The notes: generated from the letters alone by a model not told the origin. 64,000 bases of DNA from Candidatus Latescibacterota bacterium (GCA_965248435.1 OZ252100.1:2976001-3040000), one strand, 5' to 3'. Shown: positions 20,884 to 32,200, numbered from the stretch's first letter. A program made the numbers and translations.

Positions 20884-21879
20884 TTACTTCACCTTCTTCA
20901 ACCTCGGATTTTCGACGATGCCCGGAACGCGTCCCCGTTTCGCAACGGGCCGACCCTCAACTTCTTTGATATCCGCTGTAAAATCGATCGGAGGCGCGCC
21001 GCTGACCGCGCTGCCAACCCCAAACCCGTCGACCGGGCATCCACGGTCAGCAAACATTCGAATTCGCTCACCGTTCAGGCCGCCACTCACCAGGATCTTG
21101 ACGTGACGATATCCGGCCTGATCCAGCCGTGACCGCACCTCGCGGACCATGTCTGGAGTCACCCCGCCCAGTTCAGAGGGCGTGTCCAGACGCACTCCCC
21201 AAAGTCTGTCTCTCATCGCCTTCGCCACTCTGACGCTTTCATCCGCCTCATCCCTGAACGTGTCCACAAGCACGATCCGATTCACGGATGCCGACATATG
21301 TTTGTCGAACGCCTGCGCGGCTTTCACGGTGTCGCCGAAGACGATGATCATCGCGTGAGGCATCGTGCCTGTCGCCTCCCGGCCGGCAAGGGTGGCGCCG
21401 GCCGCAGTCGCACACCCAGCAAACCCCCCGACGAGTGCGGCATATTCCATCCGGTCTGAAACTGAAGGGTGCACGTGCCTGGCCCCAAAGCTGATCACCG
21501 GAATGCCGTTCGCGGCCTCTACGCACGCCTTAGCGGCCGTTGCCCACCCGCTGGAGTGAGCGAGCGTTCCCAGAAGCGCTGTCTCGTAGATCCCGATTCC
21601 ACTGTAGGATGTCCGCACGCGGAGGACGACCTCTTTCCGCGACATCTCCTGACCTTCGGACAGCGCCCAGATTTCTGCGCCGGAGGACAGCGCCTGGTCC
21701 AGGTAACCCAGAACTTCTGTCATGCCACATAGAAGTCCGTCCCGGCTTGGGAAGACCTCCAGCGTGACTTCTGGATCAAGACCTTCTGCCTTGAGGACCT
21801 GCCGGGCGTTCAAGAAGTAGCAGTCGACCCTTTCTTCTTGAAAGAACGGGCATTCAGACCTGTCGCTGGACTCATCCAT
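20884..21879 (-). CDS. pncB: nicotinate phosphoribosyltransferase
   Basis: FGARH, GTMPHA, LVDTF, VRLDTP, SGGL and GFGVG. Confidence 0.88.
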   Translation of the reverse strand: MDESSDRSECPFFQEERVDCYFLNARQVLKAEGLDPEVTLEVFPSRDGLLCGMTEVLGYLDQALSSGAEIWALSEGQEMSRKEVVLRVRTSYSGIGIYETALLGTLAHSSGWATAAKACVEAANGIPVISFGARHVHPSVSDRMEYAALVGGFAGCATAAGATLAGREATGTMPHAMIIVFGDTVKAAQAFDKHMSASVNRIVLVDTFRDEADESVRVAKAMRDRLWGVRLDTPSELGGVTPDMVREVRSRLDQAGYRHVKILVSGGLNGERIRMFADRGCPVDGFGVGSAVSGAPPIDFTADIKEVEGRPVAKRGRVPGIVENPRLKKVK

Positions 21880-21975
21880 AGAGGCGGAAATCGAAGACCA
21901 TACAGAATATATGAAAAAAGCCGATCTCAACCTCGGGAGTCGGCCATCATATTTCCAGATCGCTCGCGGCGCGCC

Positions 21976-22824
21976 TTATTGACCCAGCCGCTTGAGGTGC
22001 ACCTCTCGTATGGCCTCCACGTAAGCACGCGGGACCTCTACCACGCCCATCACGGCCTCTCCCCGACCATCGCCGTGACAGTCAGACCCTCCGCTGGACA
22101 GCAGGCCATACTGGGCCGCAACCTCGGTGTAACGGACAACATCCGCTGGATTATGTTTGGTGTGGCGCACTTCAATCCCGTCCATCCCTTGCTCCACTAG
22201 CCCCGGAATCAGATCATCTCTACCGTAGAGGCCAGGGTGCGCCAAACAGCCAAGCCCGTCCGCGGCGTGAATAATCTCCAGAGCGTCAGCGGGGCTCAAT
22301 GAGTATTTAGACTCGTAGGCCGGACGCGAGTAGCCTAAGTACTTGTGGAAGGCCTCGTTCGCAGAGAAGACGTGCCCTTCTTCCAACAACACATCCGCGA
22401 CGTGGGGTCTGCCCACGGCCCCTCCTCCGGCCTTCCCCAGCACCTGCTCGATCCGAATCTGGATTCCCATCTTGTTCAGCTTACGGATCATCCGCTCGGC
22501 CCGTTGGATTCGTGCATCTCGGTACAACCTGAGACAGTCGATCAACTTGGGGTGATCTACATCGACAAAATAGCCTAGAATGTGGATATCTTTCCCATCC
22601 GCCTGAGCACTCAGTTCCACCCCCGGAACGACCTCCACGCCAAGTCTCGAACCTGCTTCCTGCGCCTCGACCACTCCATCGGTGGAGTCGTGATCCGTCA
22701 GGCTGATCACGGAGAACCCAACCTTCCCAGCACGCGAGACCACTTCTTCCGGCAATGAGGTCCCGTCAGAACAGGTGGAGTGAAGGTGAAGGTCGATCAA
22801 TCCGTTTTTCATGGGGTTCGGCAA
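21976..22824 (-). CDS. PHP domain phosphoesterase
   Basis: DLHLHSTCSDG, LTDHD, GVELS, AHP and GGSDCHG. Confidence 0.92.
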   Translation of the reverse strand: MPNPMKNGLIDLHLHSTCSDGTSLPEEVVSRAGKVGFSVISLTDHDSTDGVVEAQEAGSRLGVEVVPGVELSAQADGKDIHILGYFVDVDHPKLIDCLRLYRDARIQRAERMIRKLNKMGIQIRIEQVLGKAGGGAVGRPHVADVLLEEGHVFSANEAFHKYLGYSRPAYESKYSLSPADALEIIHAADGLGCLAHPGLYGRDDLIPGLVEQGMDGIEVRHTKHNPADVVRYTEVAAQYGLLSSGGSDCHGDGRGEAVMGVVEVPRAYVEAIREVHLKRLGQ

Positions 22825-22828
22825 ACCT

Positions 22829-23401
22829 CTAAGACTCTTGATCTCCGCCGACCACGGCCTCTTCCGGCACGTAGGCAGGTTCGGGCGTCTGGCGACTCCC
22901 TTCCCGCTTCAAACGACGCAGCTGCCCACGCAGCAGGTTTCGCTTCACTGCGCCAAAATGATCGATCACCATAACACCGTCAAGGTGATCGATCTCGTGC
23001 TGGGTCACTCGGGCGAACATTCCGTTCAGCTCCATCTCGAGTGTCTGCCCGTCTCGATCCAACGCCTTCAGGCGCACCTGAGTCGCCCGCTTCACGTCAC
23101 CGAGAACTCCGGGCAAACTCAAGCAGCCCTCTTCCCTTGCTTCTTCACCGGCAGACCAGATCAGTTCCGGATTGATGAGCGAAACGGGCTGAACGTTCGG
23201 TTCTTGACGGCTAACGTCCACCACGATCACGCGCTTACTCACACCGATCTGTGGCGCGGCGAGCCCAATCCCTTCGGCCGCGTACATCGTGTCGAACATG
23301 TCGTCAACAAGGCGTTGAACCTCTTCGGTGACGGTTTCGATCTCCGGAGCCTTCTGCCTCAACACCGGACATCCGAATTTCTTGATCTCTAGAAAAGCCA
23401 T
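22829..23401 (-). CDS. def: peptide deformylase
   Basis: GIGLAAPQ, EGCLS and QHEIDHLDG. Confidence 0.97.
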   Translation of the reverse strand: MAFLEIKKFGCPVLRQKAPEIETVTEEVQRLVDDMFDTMYAAEGIGLAAPQIGVSKRVIVVDVSRQEPNVQPVSLINPELIWSAGEEAREEGCLSLPGVLGDVKRATQVRLKALDRDGQTLEMELNGMFARVTQHEIDHLDGVMVIDHFGAVKRNLLRGQLRRLKREGSRQTPEPAYVPEEAVVGGDQES

Positions 23402-23433
23402 ACTTATATGCGATTTCGATGTTGAATACTGTT

Positions 23434-24306
23434 CTACTTTTGGTTGATGCGCAGGAGGGCTTCGTTCAAGCTTCCACTTCGGTAGCCCTGCAAGTCCAGA
23501 GAAACGTAGTGAAATCCGATCTGTTTCAGCCCCTCGGCCACCTTCAAATGAAGCCCATCCTCAAAGAATCGAGGCATCTCTTCGGGAGGGACTTCGATCC
23601 GGGCCACCTCCTGGTGGTATCGAACCCGTACCTGACGGAATCCCAGTTTCTTTAAAAAGGACTCGGCTTGATCCACGATGTTCAGTGCCTCCACGGTTAC
23701 CTCCGTCCCATACGGAATCCGCGACGAGAGGCAGGCCGAAGCAGGTTCATCCCAGGTCGAAAGTCCCCAGCGTTTTGAAAGGAACCGAACCTCATCCTTG
23801 CTCATCCCGGCCTCGATGATCGGCGCTCGAATTCCGCGTTCATCTGCGGCCCTCATCCCGGGCCGAAAATCGCCGATATCATCCACCACGGCGCCGTAGA
23901 CGAGGTTGGAAAACGCCCCCTCGTGCCTCCGGACAACCTCACCCAACTGATCGGCCAACGCAGTTTTGCAGTAGTAGCACCGGTCAGGCGCGTTTCGCAC
24001 GTAGTTGGGATCCTCGAGTTCGTCCGTTTCAACCACCTCGTGCCGAATACCGATCTGACTCGCCAGGTCCCCTGCGCGCTCCAATTCGCCTTCTGCATAA
24101 CTCGCGGAAACCGCCGTAACCGCCAGCGCCCAGTCGCCTAACACGCGATGTGCCGCCGCCGCGAGGAAGGTGCTGTCCACACCTCCAGAAAACGCGACGA
24201 TCACACTTCCCATCTCGGTCAGGATGCCGTTGAGGCGATCCAGCTTTTCATTCACTCCGGCTTCATCCATCTCCACCTTGACACTTGATCCAATGCTTTT
24301 TGTCAC
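23434..24306 (-). CDS. larE: LarE ATP-dependent sulfur transferase
   Basis: AFSGGVDS PP-loop, DRCYYCK, RPG and SACLSSRIP; start uncertain (24306 or 24270). Confidence 0.9.
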   Translation of the reverse strand: MTKSIGSSVKVEMDEAGVNEKLDRLNGILTEMGSVIVAFSGGVDSTFLAAAAHRVLGDWALAVTAVSASYAEGELERAGDLASQIGIRHEVVETDELEDPNYVRNAPDRCYYCKTALADQLGEVVRRHEGAFSNLVYGAVVDDIGDFRPGMRAADERGIRAPIIEAGMSKDEVRFLSKRWGLSTWDEPASACLSSRIPYGTEVTVEALNIVDQAESFLKKLGFRQVRVRYHQEVARIEVPPEEMPRFFEDGLHLKVAEGLKQIGFHYVSLDLQGYRSGSLNEALLRINQK

Positions 24307-24325
24307 GCTAGAAGCTCCGCGATTC

Positions 24326-24409
24326 TGGAGTATTGCAGTAGTGGAGTGGTGGAGTATTGCAAAACCTGCCCTTCCATTCCTCCAACACTCCATTCCCCCA
24401 TCACTCCAG
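24326..24409. repeat. inverted octamer arrays (GGAGTATT-like)n ... (CACTCCAT-like)n
   Basis: ggagtatt-gcagtagt-ggagtggt-ggagtatt, then ttccattc-ctccaaca-ctccattc-ccccatca-ctcca. Confidence 0.7.
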
Positions 24410-24435
24410 CCATTGCCATTACTTTTGACTGACGT

Positions 24436-25878
24436 TTACTTGACGCCGCACGGGACCACCACCGCGTCTACCATCCCGTGAAGGACCTTCTTGTCGGACG
24501 GACATATTGTGGCATGAATACCAGACAGGACGGGCTCGTCACCGATCACAAAATAGTAAGGACAAAACCGTGCCCGCCCGGACATCGGATTCATGCTGTC
24601 TGAATAAAAATCGTAATAGTTCACAGAGAACTTGGCCCCGGTATGAAACTCTTGAAGGACGTGGGGCGTAGAGGGGAAGGCGTCCAGGGCGGAGTCGAGC
24701 GCGCCGCGCCAATCTTCTTCAGACATATCGTGTCCCACCTGCACGCCGCGGCTCCCCCACGCCTTCTCGGAAAACCCGGATGGCTTCACGACAAACTTTC
24801 GCCATCTCTGACCCAGCGCCCCGAGTGAGCGCCAGTCTGAGACGCTCTCGCCGTCTACCTCGAGACCTGGAATCACCCCGTGGGGCGGCATGGGCCTGGG
24901 GTCCAGAACCCAGCTTTTCGGAAAAGTCCCCATCAAATAGTCGAAGGCCTCGCCACCCAACTCCCGATTCCAGAACTTGCGGAGAAGAGGATGGTGGAAG
25001 AGGGCCATGAGCATCTTCTCCTCCAGATGACCCTTCAGAGGAGGCGTGATCTTTACGAGACCCTTTCGGACTGCGTACAGGATCAAATCCATCTTTGGAA
25101 TGTTCTTGAGGTCGAACAGCTCGAAAAACCGGTAGAGGACGTCGACCTGTTTCTTACCCCGTCCATCTTCAACGAACAGCCCGGCCTCGCTGAAGAGGAG
25201 CGCGCCGGGCTCTACGACAGCGGTCTCGAGGCCCGCCTCACTCAGGGCTTCGCCGAGCGAGGTCATCTCAGGGCGCCAGGCTGAAGACTCTTCCGAGATG
25301 ACGATTGCAAGAACAGGGTCATCCCTTCCAGCGAGCGAGCGGATCATTCTGATGAACCCGGTCACCATTCCCTCTGCTCCGCCCACGATCTCCTCACCCA
25401 GACTGCCATACCGCCCAGCAAGACTTGCCGTAAAGCCGATTCCTCCGGGTACCGAATCCAGTTCAGTGACGATATGGCCTTCCTTCGTGGGGATGACATC
25501 TGGACGAATGACGCAGGGCAAGTGGGTTTTGAAGCGATTCATCCTTCCGTATGCCACCACGTCCTCGGGTTTACCCTGATCGAGGTATTCGGCGACCCAC
25601 CCGGGTTGTATACCCCGCACGCTCTGCGAGTAGAGCAGGTTACACGTCTGATAGAACCGGTAGACGTGCCGTCCGAGGGTCTCGTAACGCCTGACGATCT
25701 CCTTTGGCATCCAGAAAGGCTCAGGAGAGACGCGCCAGCTGCTGTTCGACTTCGGATGCACAGCACGCTGAACGTCGGTGTAAAGTCCTCCTTGAGGAGT
25801 CAACCCATCGATGTAGAGACACCGTTCCCGTGCGTCCATCTCTTCGATCGGTTTTTCCGTCACGCACGCTCCCATCAA
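24436..25878 (-). CDS. circularly permuted ATP-grasp / glutathionylspermidine-synthase-like protein
   Basis: RPDVI...TELDSVPGG, YRFFELFD, VKPSG...WGSRGV and LQEF. Confidence 0.65.
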   Translation of the reverse strand: MMGACVTEKPIEEMDARERCLYIDGLTPQGGLYTDVQRAVHPKSNSSWRVSPEPFWMPKEIVRRYETLGRHVYRFYQTCNLLYSQSVRGIQPGWVAEYLDQGKPEDVVAYGRMNRFKTHLPCVIRPDVIPTKEGHIVTELDSVPGGIGFTASLAGRYGSLGEEIVGGAEGMVTGFIRMIRSLAGRDDPVLAIVISEESSAWRPEMTSLGEALSEAGLETAVVEPGALLFSEAGLFVEDGRGKKQVDVLYRFFELFDLKNIPKMDLILYAVRKGLVKITPPLKGHLEEKMLMALFHHPLLRKFWNRELGGEAFDYLMGTFPKSWVLDPRPMPPHGVIPGLEVDGESVSDWRSLGALGQRWRKFVVKPSGFSEKAWGSRGVQVGHDMSEEDWRGALDSALDAFPSTPHVLQEFHTGAKFSVNYYDFYSDSMNPMSGRARFCPYYFVIGDEPVLSGIHATICPSDKKVLHGMVDAVVVPCGVK

Positions 25879-26014
25879 TCCAAGACCTCACGCAAACCAG
25901 ATCCCTCCCTGCTCTGACCCCCAAACACAAAGAACAGGGACACATTCCCTGTTCCTTCAAATCAATGACTCTGTGAGATGAAAGAGGGTGCCACCCTCTT
26001 TTCCCTACCTCTCT

Positions 26015-26605
26015 TTATTTCGCCCCGGCCCGGCGGCGCATATGCTCCTCGATCAGCTGTCTATCTGCATCCGACAAGCCCTTAAGGCCTCTCGAAGCCT
26101 CCATTCCCGATTCTACCCCACCTTCCGAACGACCATCACCATCGGCCCCTCCTTCAGTTTCGTCGCGGACCGATGCCGGCGAGGGAACGGGTTCTGGTTC
26201 GGCCAACTGTTTCTCCGCGGACTTCACCTTCGCCGCACGCTGTTCGAGGTGGCGCCTGATAAGATCTGCACTAAACTCCGGTTTGTTCCCGTTTTCTCCT
26301 ACTTCTTCTCGCACCTCGACCGGTTCTTCCGGAGGTTCCGGGACCTGCTGCGGAGGAGACGCAACGGGGTAGCGATCTTCCTGGAATCCAACCTCTTCTC
26401 CAAGCTCGTCTTCCAGGTTGAGGCGAGCTGCCACTGCTTCGTATACCGATTTGGCCGCCTCCACGCGGGCATCAAGAAGCTGTAAAGTCTGGCGTAATTC
26501 CGAAATCTTCGAGGAAGCCCCTTCGATTTCCCGCCGGGCAAACTCCAAGACGTCTTCGTATAGGGTGCCGCCCTTTTCACCAGATCGAGCCAAGATTTGC
26601 TCCAT
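26015..26605 (-). CDS. hypothetical coiled-coil protein
   Basis: 196-aa ORF with N-terminal heptads and acidic/Pro-rich linker; two hairpins follow (25932-26002). Confidence 0.65.
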   Translation of the reverse strand: MEQILARSGEKGGTLYEDVLEFARREIEGASSKISELRQTLQLLDARVEAAKSVYEAVAARLNLEDELGEEVGFQEDRYPVASPPQQVPEPPEEPVEVREEVGENGNKPEFSADLIRRHLEQRAAKVKSAEKQLAEPEPVPSPASVRDETEGGADGDGRSEGGVESGMEASRGLKGLSDADRQLIEEHMRRRAGAK

Positions 26606-26914
26606 AGAAACGACTCAGAACCGAAGTAGCACGCGCCAAAACGCGAGATTAAGTATACCTCGAACCGCCTGAGTTCGCAAGCGAATTATTGATTATTCCT
26701 TCGACCTGAAGCAGCCCCCCAATCCAGACTCCTGTTGAACGAAGGGGTGACCCTCTGTGTTCGTAACCTACAGTAATTGGCCACATTTGCGTTAACAAAT
26801 TCCAGTTGACAACCCGCTGAGAATCGATTAACCTTATTTGCCATTTTGGGGTTCTTCGGCCCGAAAATCTGTCGGAATCGCCCTTCAAACACCGTGGATC
26901 AACCCCCCGACCCT

Positions 26915-27943
26915 ATGATGCTTACCGATACCTCAAAGCATTCTCCCGAGATCCTCCTCGACCGATTCGAACTGGACAAGAAGGTCTGGGCGGTCGCGGG
27001 TGGAAAGGGAGGAACGGGAAAGACCGTAATCACATCTAACCTGGGGGTCGGGCTTGCCATATTGGGACACAAGGTCATCCTTATCGACGGGGATCTGGGT
27101 GGGGCCGACCTCCATCTCAACTTCGGAATACCCCTTCCCAAACGCAACCTCAGCCATTTCTTGAGCGGAAAGGTCGCCCAACTCAGTGACGTTATTCTTC
27201 CAACCCGGAGCGCCAACCTGAACCTGATTTGTGGCGGAAGCGAGCTGATCGGGCTGGCCAACCTCTCTTATCAGCGAAAGGAGAAACTGAAACGCCACAT
27301 CAACCGACTCGACGCCGACTTCATTCTGGTCGATCTGGGGGCCGGGACAGCTTACAATACACTCGATTTCTTCGTCATTTCGAATGAAGGGATCATCGTC
27401 TGCAACCCCGAACCCCAGTCCAAAATCGACGCCTACGCCTTTGTAAAGAATGCGGTCTACCGGAGATTCCTTCAATGCTTCGGCCGTAATACGATTCTAA
27501 AAGACCTCATTCTCAACTTTGGCAACAATGGTCAAAGGGCTTTGAAAATTAAGGATTTAATCGGCCTTATCGCCGACAAGAGCCCTGACTATGGAGAACA
27601 GGCACAGAGCCTTGTGGACGCATTTTCTCCCAAACTGATCATGAACAAGGTCAGAAAGAAGAGTCAGCTCGAGGATGCGCAGCGGTTCGTCTCTCTCATA
27701 AGGGAATACTTGTGTGTTGGCATGGATTATCTGGGGAACATCGAGTATGACAACAAGGTGGTGGAGGCCAGCGAAAGCATGAAGCCCTTCCTGCTGGAAC
27801 ACCCAAGGGCAAAAGTCTCCAAAAGCTTCTATGGCATCCTTTTTAATATGGACGTGGAGGACCGTCAGCTTAGATACGACAAGAAGTCCTACAAGAAAAT
27901 GTCCAGAGGGGTGCGAATCGAATCAAAGCTTTGGAAGGAGTAA
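26915..27943 (+). CDS. MinD/ParA-family ATPase, FlhG/FleN-like
   Basis: GGKGGTGKT deviant Walker A, DGDLGGADL and DLGAG. Confidence 0.88.
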   Translation: MMLTDTSKHSPEILLDRFELDKKVWAVAGGKGGTGKTVITSNLGVGLAILGHKVILIDGDLGGADLHLNFGIPLPKRNLSHFLSGKVAQLSDVILPTRSANLNLICGGSELIGLANLSYQRKEKLKRHINRLDADFILVDLGAGTAYNTLDFFVISNEGIIVCNPEPQSKIDAYAFVKNAVYRRFLQCFGRNTILKDLILNFGNNGQRALKIKDLIGLIADKSPDYGEQAQSLVDAFSPKLIMNKVRKKSQLEDAQRFVSLIREYLCVGMDYLGNIEYDNKVVEASESMKPFLLEHPRAKVSKSFYGILFNMDVEDRQLRYDKKSYKKMSRGVRIESKLWKE

Positions 27944-27949
27944 GCGAGC

Positions 27950-29065
27950 GTGAACGCGAAGGCCGACGGTGGATTAAGACAGCGTCTGATCAATCCCATC
28001 TCGATCCGACTTTCGGCGATTGCTAAAGACAAGGCCCCGGAACCGGTATTTTCGGTGGCCGCGGCCCTGAAAGACCCGGGACGGATCCTGATCATCACAG
28101 ACGGCCAACCCGGAAGCCTCTTTTTGAGCGCTTCGCAGTTTTGGGCCATTCGTCATCGTTACCCCGAAGCTCAGGTGAGTCTCCTTGCCCCTTCCCATAA
28201 GGCATATATTGCAAGGGAGATCCCCTTCGTAGATGACGTCATTGTTTATAAGGACTTCCTGCTGCCCCTGGGCAACAAGCACCGCGACGTGATTCGCACC
28301 CTTCAGAAGAAGGACTTCGACATCGCATTTTGCCTGACGAGTGTCGAAAGCTTTTGTCCTGCTTACCTGTGTTACAAAAGCAGGGCACACCTTCGTGTCG
28401 GGTTTCAAAGGGAAGACTTCCCCTTCTTCAACGTCAGAATCGTCCCTCACAAGGAGACCTGCTACGAACTGGAAAGGCTAGCGCTTCTCCTTAGAACGCT
28501 CGGCATCCCCCAGGTAAAGGAACGTGTCTCCTGGTCGGTATCCAAGGAAGGTGCCCAAAAGCTGCGCGAACGTTACCTGGTGGGCGGAAGCACCGGGGAG
28601 CGATTCGTAGCCTTCGACGTGAGCAGCGGGGCGGGCGATAGACCCACGAACAGACAGCTCCTCGGCGTCGCTGAGGGTTCAACCGCGCTGCCGAACACAA
28701 GGGCGCTGGTCTTCTTCGACTACGAGGAGCGGAAATTCGCAAACCAGATCAAGGAATTGCTCGGGAACAAGGTCCTCCTCTTTCAGACCGACGACCTGCC
28801 CAAGGTCGTGGCCCTCCTGGAAGCCTGTGTCCAGTTGATATCCTGTCACACAGATCTTTTTCAGCTCGGGGTCGCCATGGGAATGCCGGTAACGGGCATT
28901 TTCTCTTCCAAAGACGTTTTACGCTGGGTGCCTTCCGACCGAGACCACGTGGACATCCTCGAATATGAAACGATCAAAGACTGGAGCCCCTACAAACTGA
29001 ACGATGCCATCCGCAGAAGCCTATCGTCTTTAATTTCCAAGAAGATGGAAGTTTTTCAAGGATAG
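27950..29065 (+). CDS. glycosyltransferase family 9 (heptosyltransferase-like), degenerate motifs
   Basis: GT-B layout; YPEAQVSLL, IPFVDDVI, RVGF and ISCHTDLFQLGVAMGMP. Confidence 0.7.
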   Translation: MNAKADGGLRQRLINPISIRLSAIAKDKAPEPVFSVAAALKDPGRILIITDGQPGSLFLSASQFWAIRHRYPEAQVSLLAPSHKAYIAREIPFVDDVIVYKDFLLPLGNKHRDVIRTLQKKDFDIAFCLTSVESFCPAYLCYKSRAHLRVGFQREDFPFFNVRIVPHKETCYELERLALLLRTLGIPQVKERVSWSVSKEGAQKLRERYLVGGSTGERFVAFDVSSGAGDRPTNRQLLGVAEGSTALPNTRALVFFDYEERKFANQIKELLGNKVLLFQTDDLPKVVALLEACVQLISCHTDLFQLGVAMGMPVTGIFSSKDVLRWVPSDRDHVDILEYETIKDWSPYKLNDAIRRSLSSLISKKMEVFQG

Positions 29066-29232
29066 CCCCGCGACGCCCGAAGCGTTTTTTTTAACCTTGG
29101 AATTTCCAGGGGTCGAGTTACATTGTGATGTACGCCACATAATAGAACTGTGTTTGTTTGTAGATTGAATTACTATCCCACGTTATGCATTTCGCTGAAT
29201 CGTTGAGGGCAAACATTTCACGGAGGCAGCCG

Positions 29233-32200
29233 ATGAACTCCCCAATCCATATTGTTTTGCAATCCAGCTCAAGGTGCCTCAGGCTCCTGCTGTTTTTCAC
29301 CCTTCTTCCGCTACTGTTCGGGGCCGCCGCCTTCGGGACCGTTCAGGCACAGGAGCCGGCCGCGGATGCAGACTTCTGCGATTGCCAATGTTACGGGAGA
29401 GAAGGGACTGGACTATGACTTCCCGCCTGACGGATCGACTGTAACCTGGGAGAGAGGTTCGCCGGAAATCTTCTTTGGCGAAGGTACGGTCTCTACATTC
29501 GACGAAGAAGAGCCTCTTGATGTCCTCAAGCCTGCCGGATTCCTCAACCTTCGACTTACGGAGAACTTCGGAAGCTTTGAGATCATCCTGACCCGGGTGC
29601 TGTTCTCGTTTCTGGACGGCTCAGAGGATGACCTCGCGCCGAACGTCCGGCTGAAGATCATGCGACAGGGGGAACTTCCACCCCTGGTTGAGATCGAGAA
29701 CGAAAACACGATGGTCCTGAAGCTCAGAATACCTGAAGGGGCTGGCCCGCTTCCACTCTCGAACGCCTTAGCCGGCAATATCGTGTTCGTGACGAGGCCG
29801 CAATTCCGGGGCTCGCAGATCACTTTCACAGAGGCCACTTTCACCACGATCGATCCAGGAGCGAATGGAGAGACTCCTGCGAAGGCGGCGTTTGCCTCCG
29901 AAACCATCATGCCCAACGTGGTCCTGGACATTCGATCCTTCGTAACCGACGTCCCGGTGCCCACCGTTCGACCGGTGACCGAGGCCGTAACCGATACGAG
30001 GGCGATCATCAAAGGCGAATTCAACAAACCGGGAATTATTACCATCCTCTATGGGACAGATCCTGCCAACCTGGACCTTAGCGTGGAGTCCATCAGTGAA
30101 ATCACCCGCTTCCGACTCGCCCTTCAAGGTCTGACTCCGAGGACGCGCTATTTCTTCCAGGCCAAATCTCTGGGCGCCCAGGGTGAATCCGGGCTGGCTC
30201 CGCTCGACCCCTCCGCGTTTGTAACCCGAGACCTTGACAACACGCCTCCGCGCATCCTGAAGGGCCCAGGCATCTTTGGGAGGACTCCGACCAGTGCGAA
30301 AATCGGTTTCGAACTGAACGAGGCCGCCACATCAGAGATCGCATATGGAACGGCACCAGATGCCCTTGACGCTACCGCTTCAGGTCCCGCCGACCCAACC
30401 AGAATTCACTCGGTTAGAGTCTCGGGCCTGACACCTGGCGAAGAGACCTTTTTCCAGGTCACAGTGACCGACTTGAATAGCAATCAAGGTCAATCACCTG
30501 TATTAAGATTCAGACCACTTCTTGTTGCCGATACCCGGCCCCCTCGCGATCCTCGGAAGGCCCTCCGCTTTCGGTTCCTTTGACCGTGCGAACGTCGAGT
30601 GGCGGACCAGCAGGCGGAGTAACAGCGCCATCTTTTACAGCGTGGACCGGGACGCGATCGATATCCTGCAAGTCGGCGTAGGCACCAAGGCCCTATTCCA
30701 GGACGAGGTGGACGAGGAGGACGAGGCCGAGATCGATTCGGTTACCGTCGATGAAGAGGTTCTCCAGCACCGGATCTCGCTGGCGAACCTTCAGGCCGAC
30801 ACGACGCTCTACGCCAAGGAGGACGAGGTCGCTCCAAAGTTCGTCCGACCCCCCGGTGTGCTCTTTATCAGTGACACCGAGGCGACGATCGGGGCGGGAA
30901 CGAATGAGCCCACGGTTGTGGAAATCCAGTACGCGACGACCGATTCCGTCTACGATGACGACACAGGTACCGTAGGGGTCCTGGAATCGACCACAGATCC
31001 AAAGCGACGACACGAACTGTTTCTTACCGGTCTGACTTTGGGCACAGAGTACTTCTACAAGCTCACCGCAACGGATATCGCAGGAAACGACCCCACGACA
31101 AACACCGGGCGACTCTCCTTCGTTACACGAGGAGAGGCAGACGTGGAGGGGCCTCAGGTCTTCGGAAATCCAGTGGCCATCGGTATCACGAACAGCTCGG
31201 CCATCATCAGATGGGGCGCCAACGAGCGCCACAGCTCTGAGGTCATCCTTCAGGAGGTGGCAGCGGCCGGTGCGAAGTTGGCGGTTGGGGATTCCATCGT
31301 CGTGGAAGACATCGAACTCGGCAAGCGAAAGGCCGTGCCGGTGGACAACCTGGACTCGGGAACAACCTACAGCTTCAGGGTCGCGACAAAGGATCCGTTT
31401 GGTAACACGAGCGTCAGTGAACACGCCCTGATGGAGTTCACGACGCGGCCAGGTGACGACGAAGATGAGGACGCCCCGGTGATCGTGAGGGGGCCGTTCG
31501 TCCGGAACGTCACTTCGAGCTCGGCCAGGGTGAACTGGTTCCTTAATGAGTTGTCCGACTGCCGGATTGCCTGGGCAACAGACGCGGACTTCGCAGCCAA
31601 CGGCGAATTCACGAACACGATCGAAGAGGCCGCCAGCACCGTCGTTTGCTCGGCCACGCTTACTGAACTGCTTGAGAATACGGGCTACCATTTCGCAGTG
31701 GGCTCCTCGGACAACTCGGGCAACGTTGTCAAGACCGACCCTGGTGAGGGCATTATCGGGCTGAGCTTTGATCACGGATTCAGGACGCGTCCTGACGTGG
31801 CGGCGGTGGCGCCCTCGATCATAGAAGGCCCGATCATAGGCGCGACGGACAACTTCGTCATCATCAGATACAGGACCGATCAGGACGCTACCTCTCGGGG
31901 GGAGGTAGGTGTGCTGCCTGCCAGCAAGCTGGCACTACAGGGCGGGGAACCCGTATTCGGGGAGGTGTCGCAGATCGTCGTAGAGAATACGGATGAACTC
32001 ACTACAGATCATATCGTCGAGGTCACCGGGCTGACCCCGGGGGTGCAGTACGTCTTCCAGGTCACCTCCACGAACGCGGACGGCCTGGAGATCACAAGCA
32101 CCGATCCCCTCACCAAACTACAGGTCCCTGGCGGGTTTGGAAGCTTCACGACCAACACGGATCCGGACACGCAGTTCCCGGTTATTACAGCGGCTCCAAA

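Noticed and set aside
26610-26890. Possible ncRNA or riboswitch in the divergent spacer
   Set aside because: No recognisable consensus or convincing stems by eye; needs an Rfam search.
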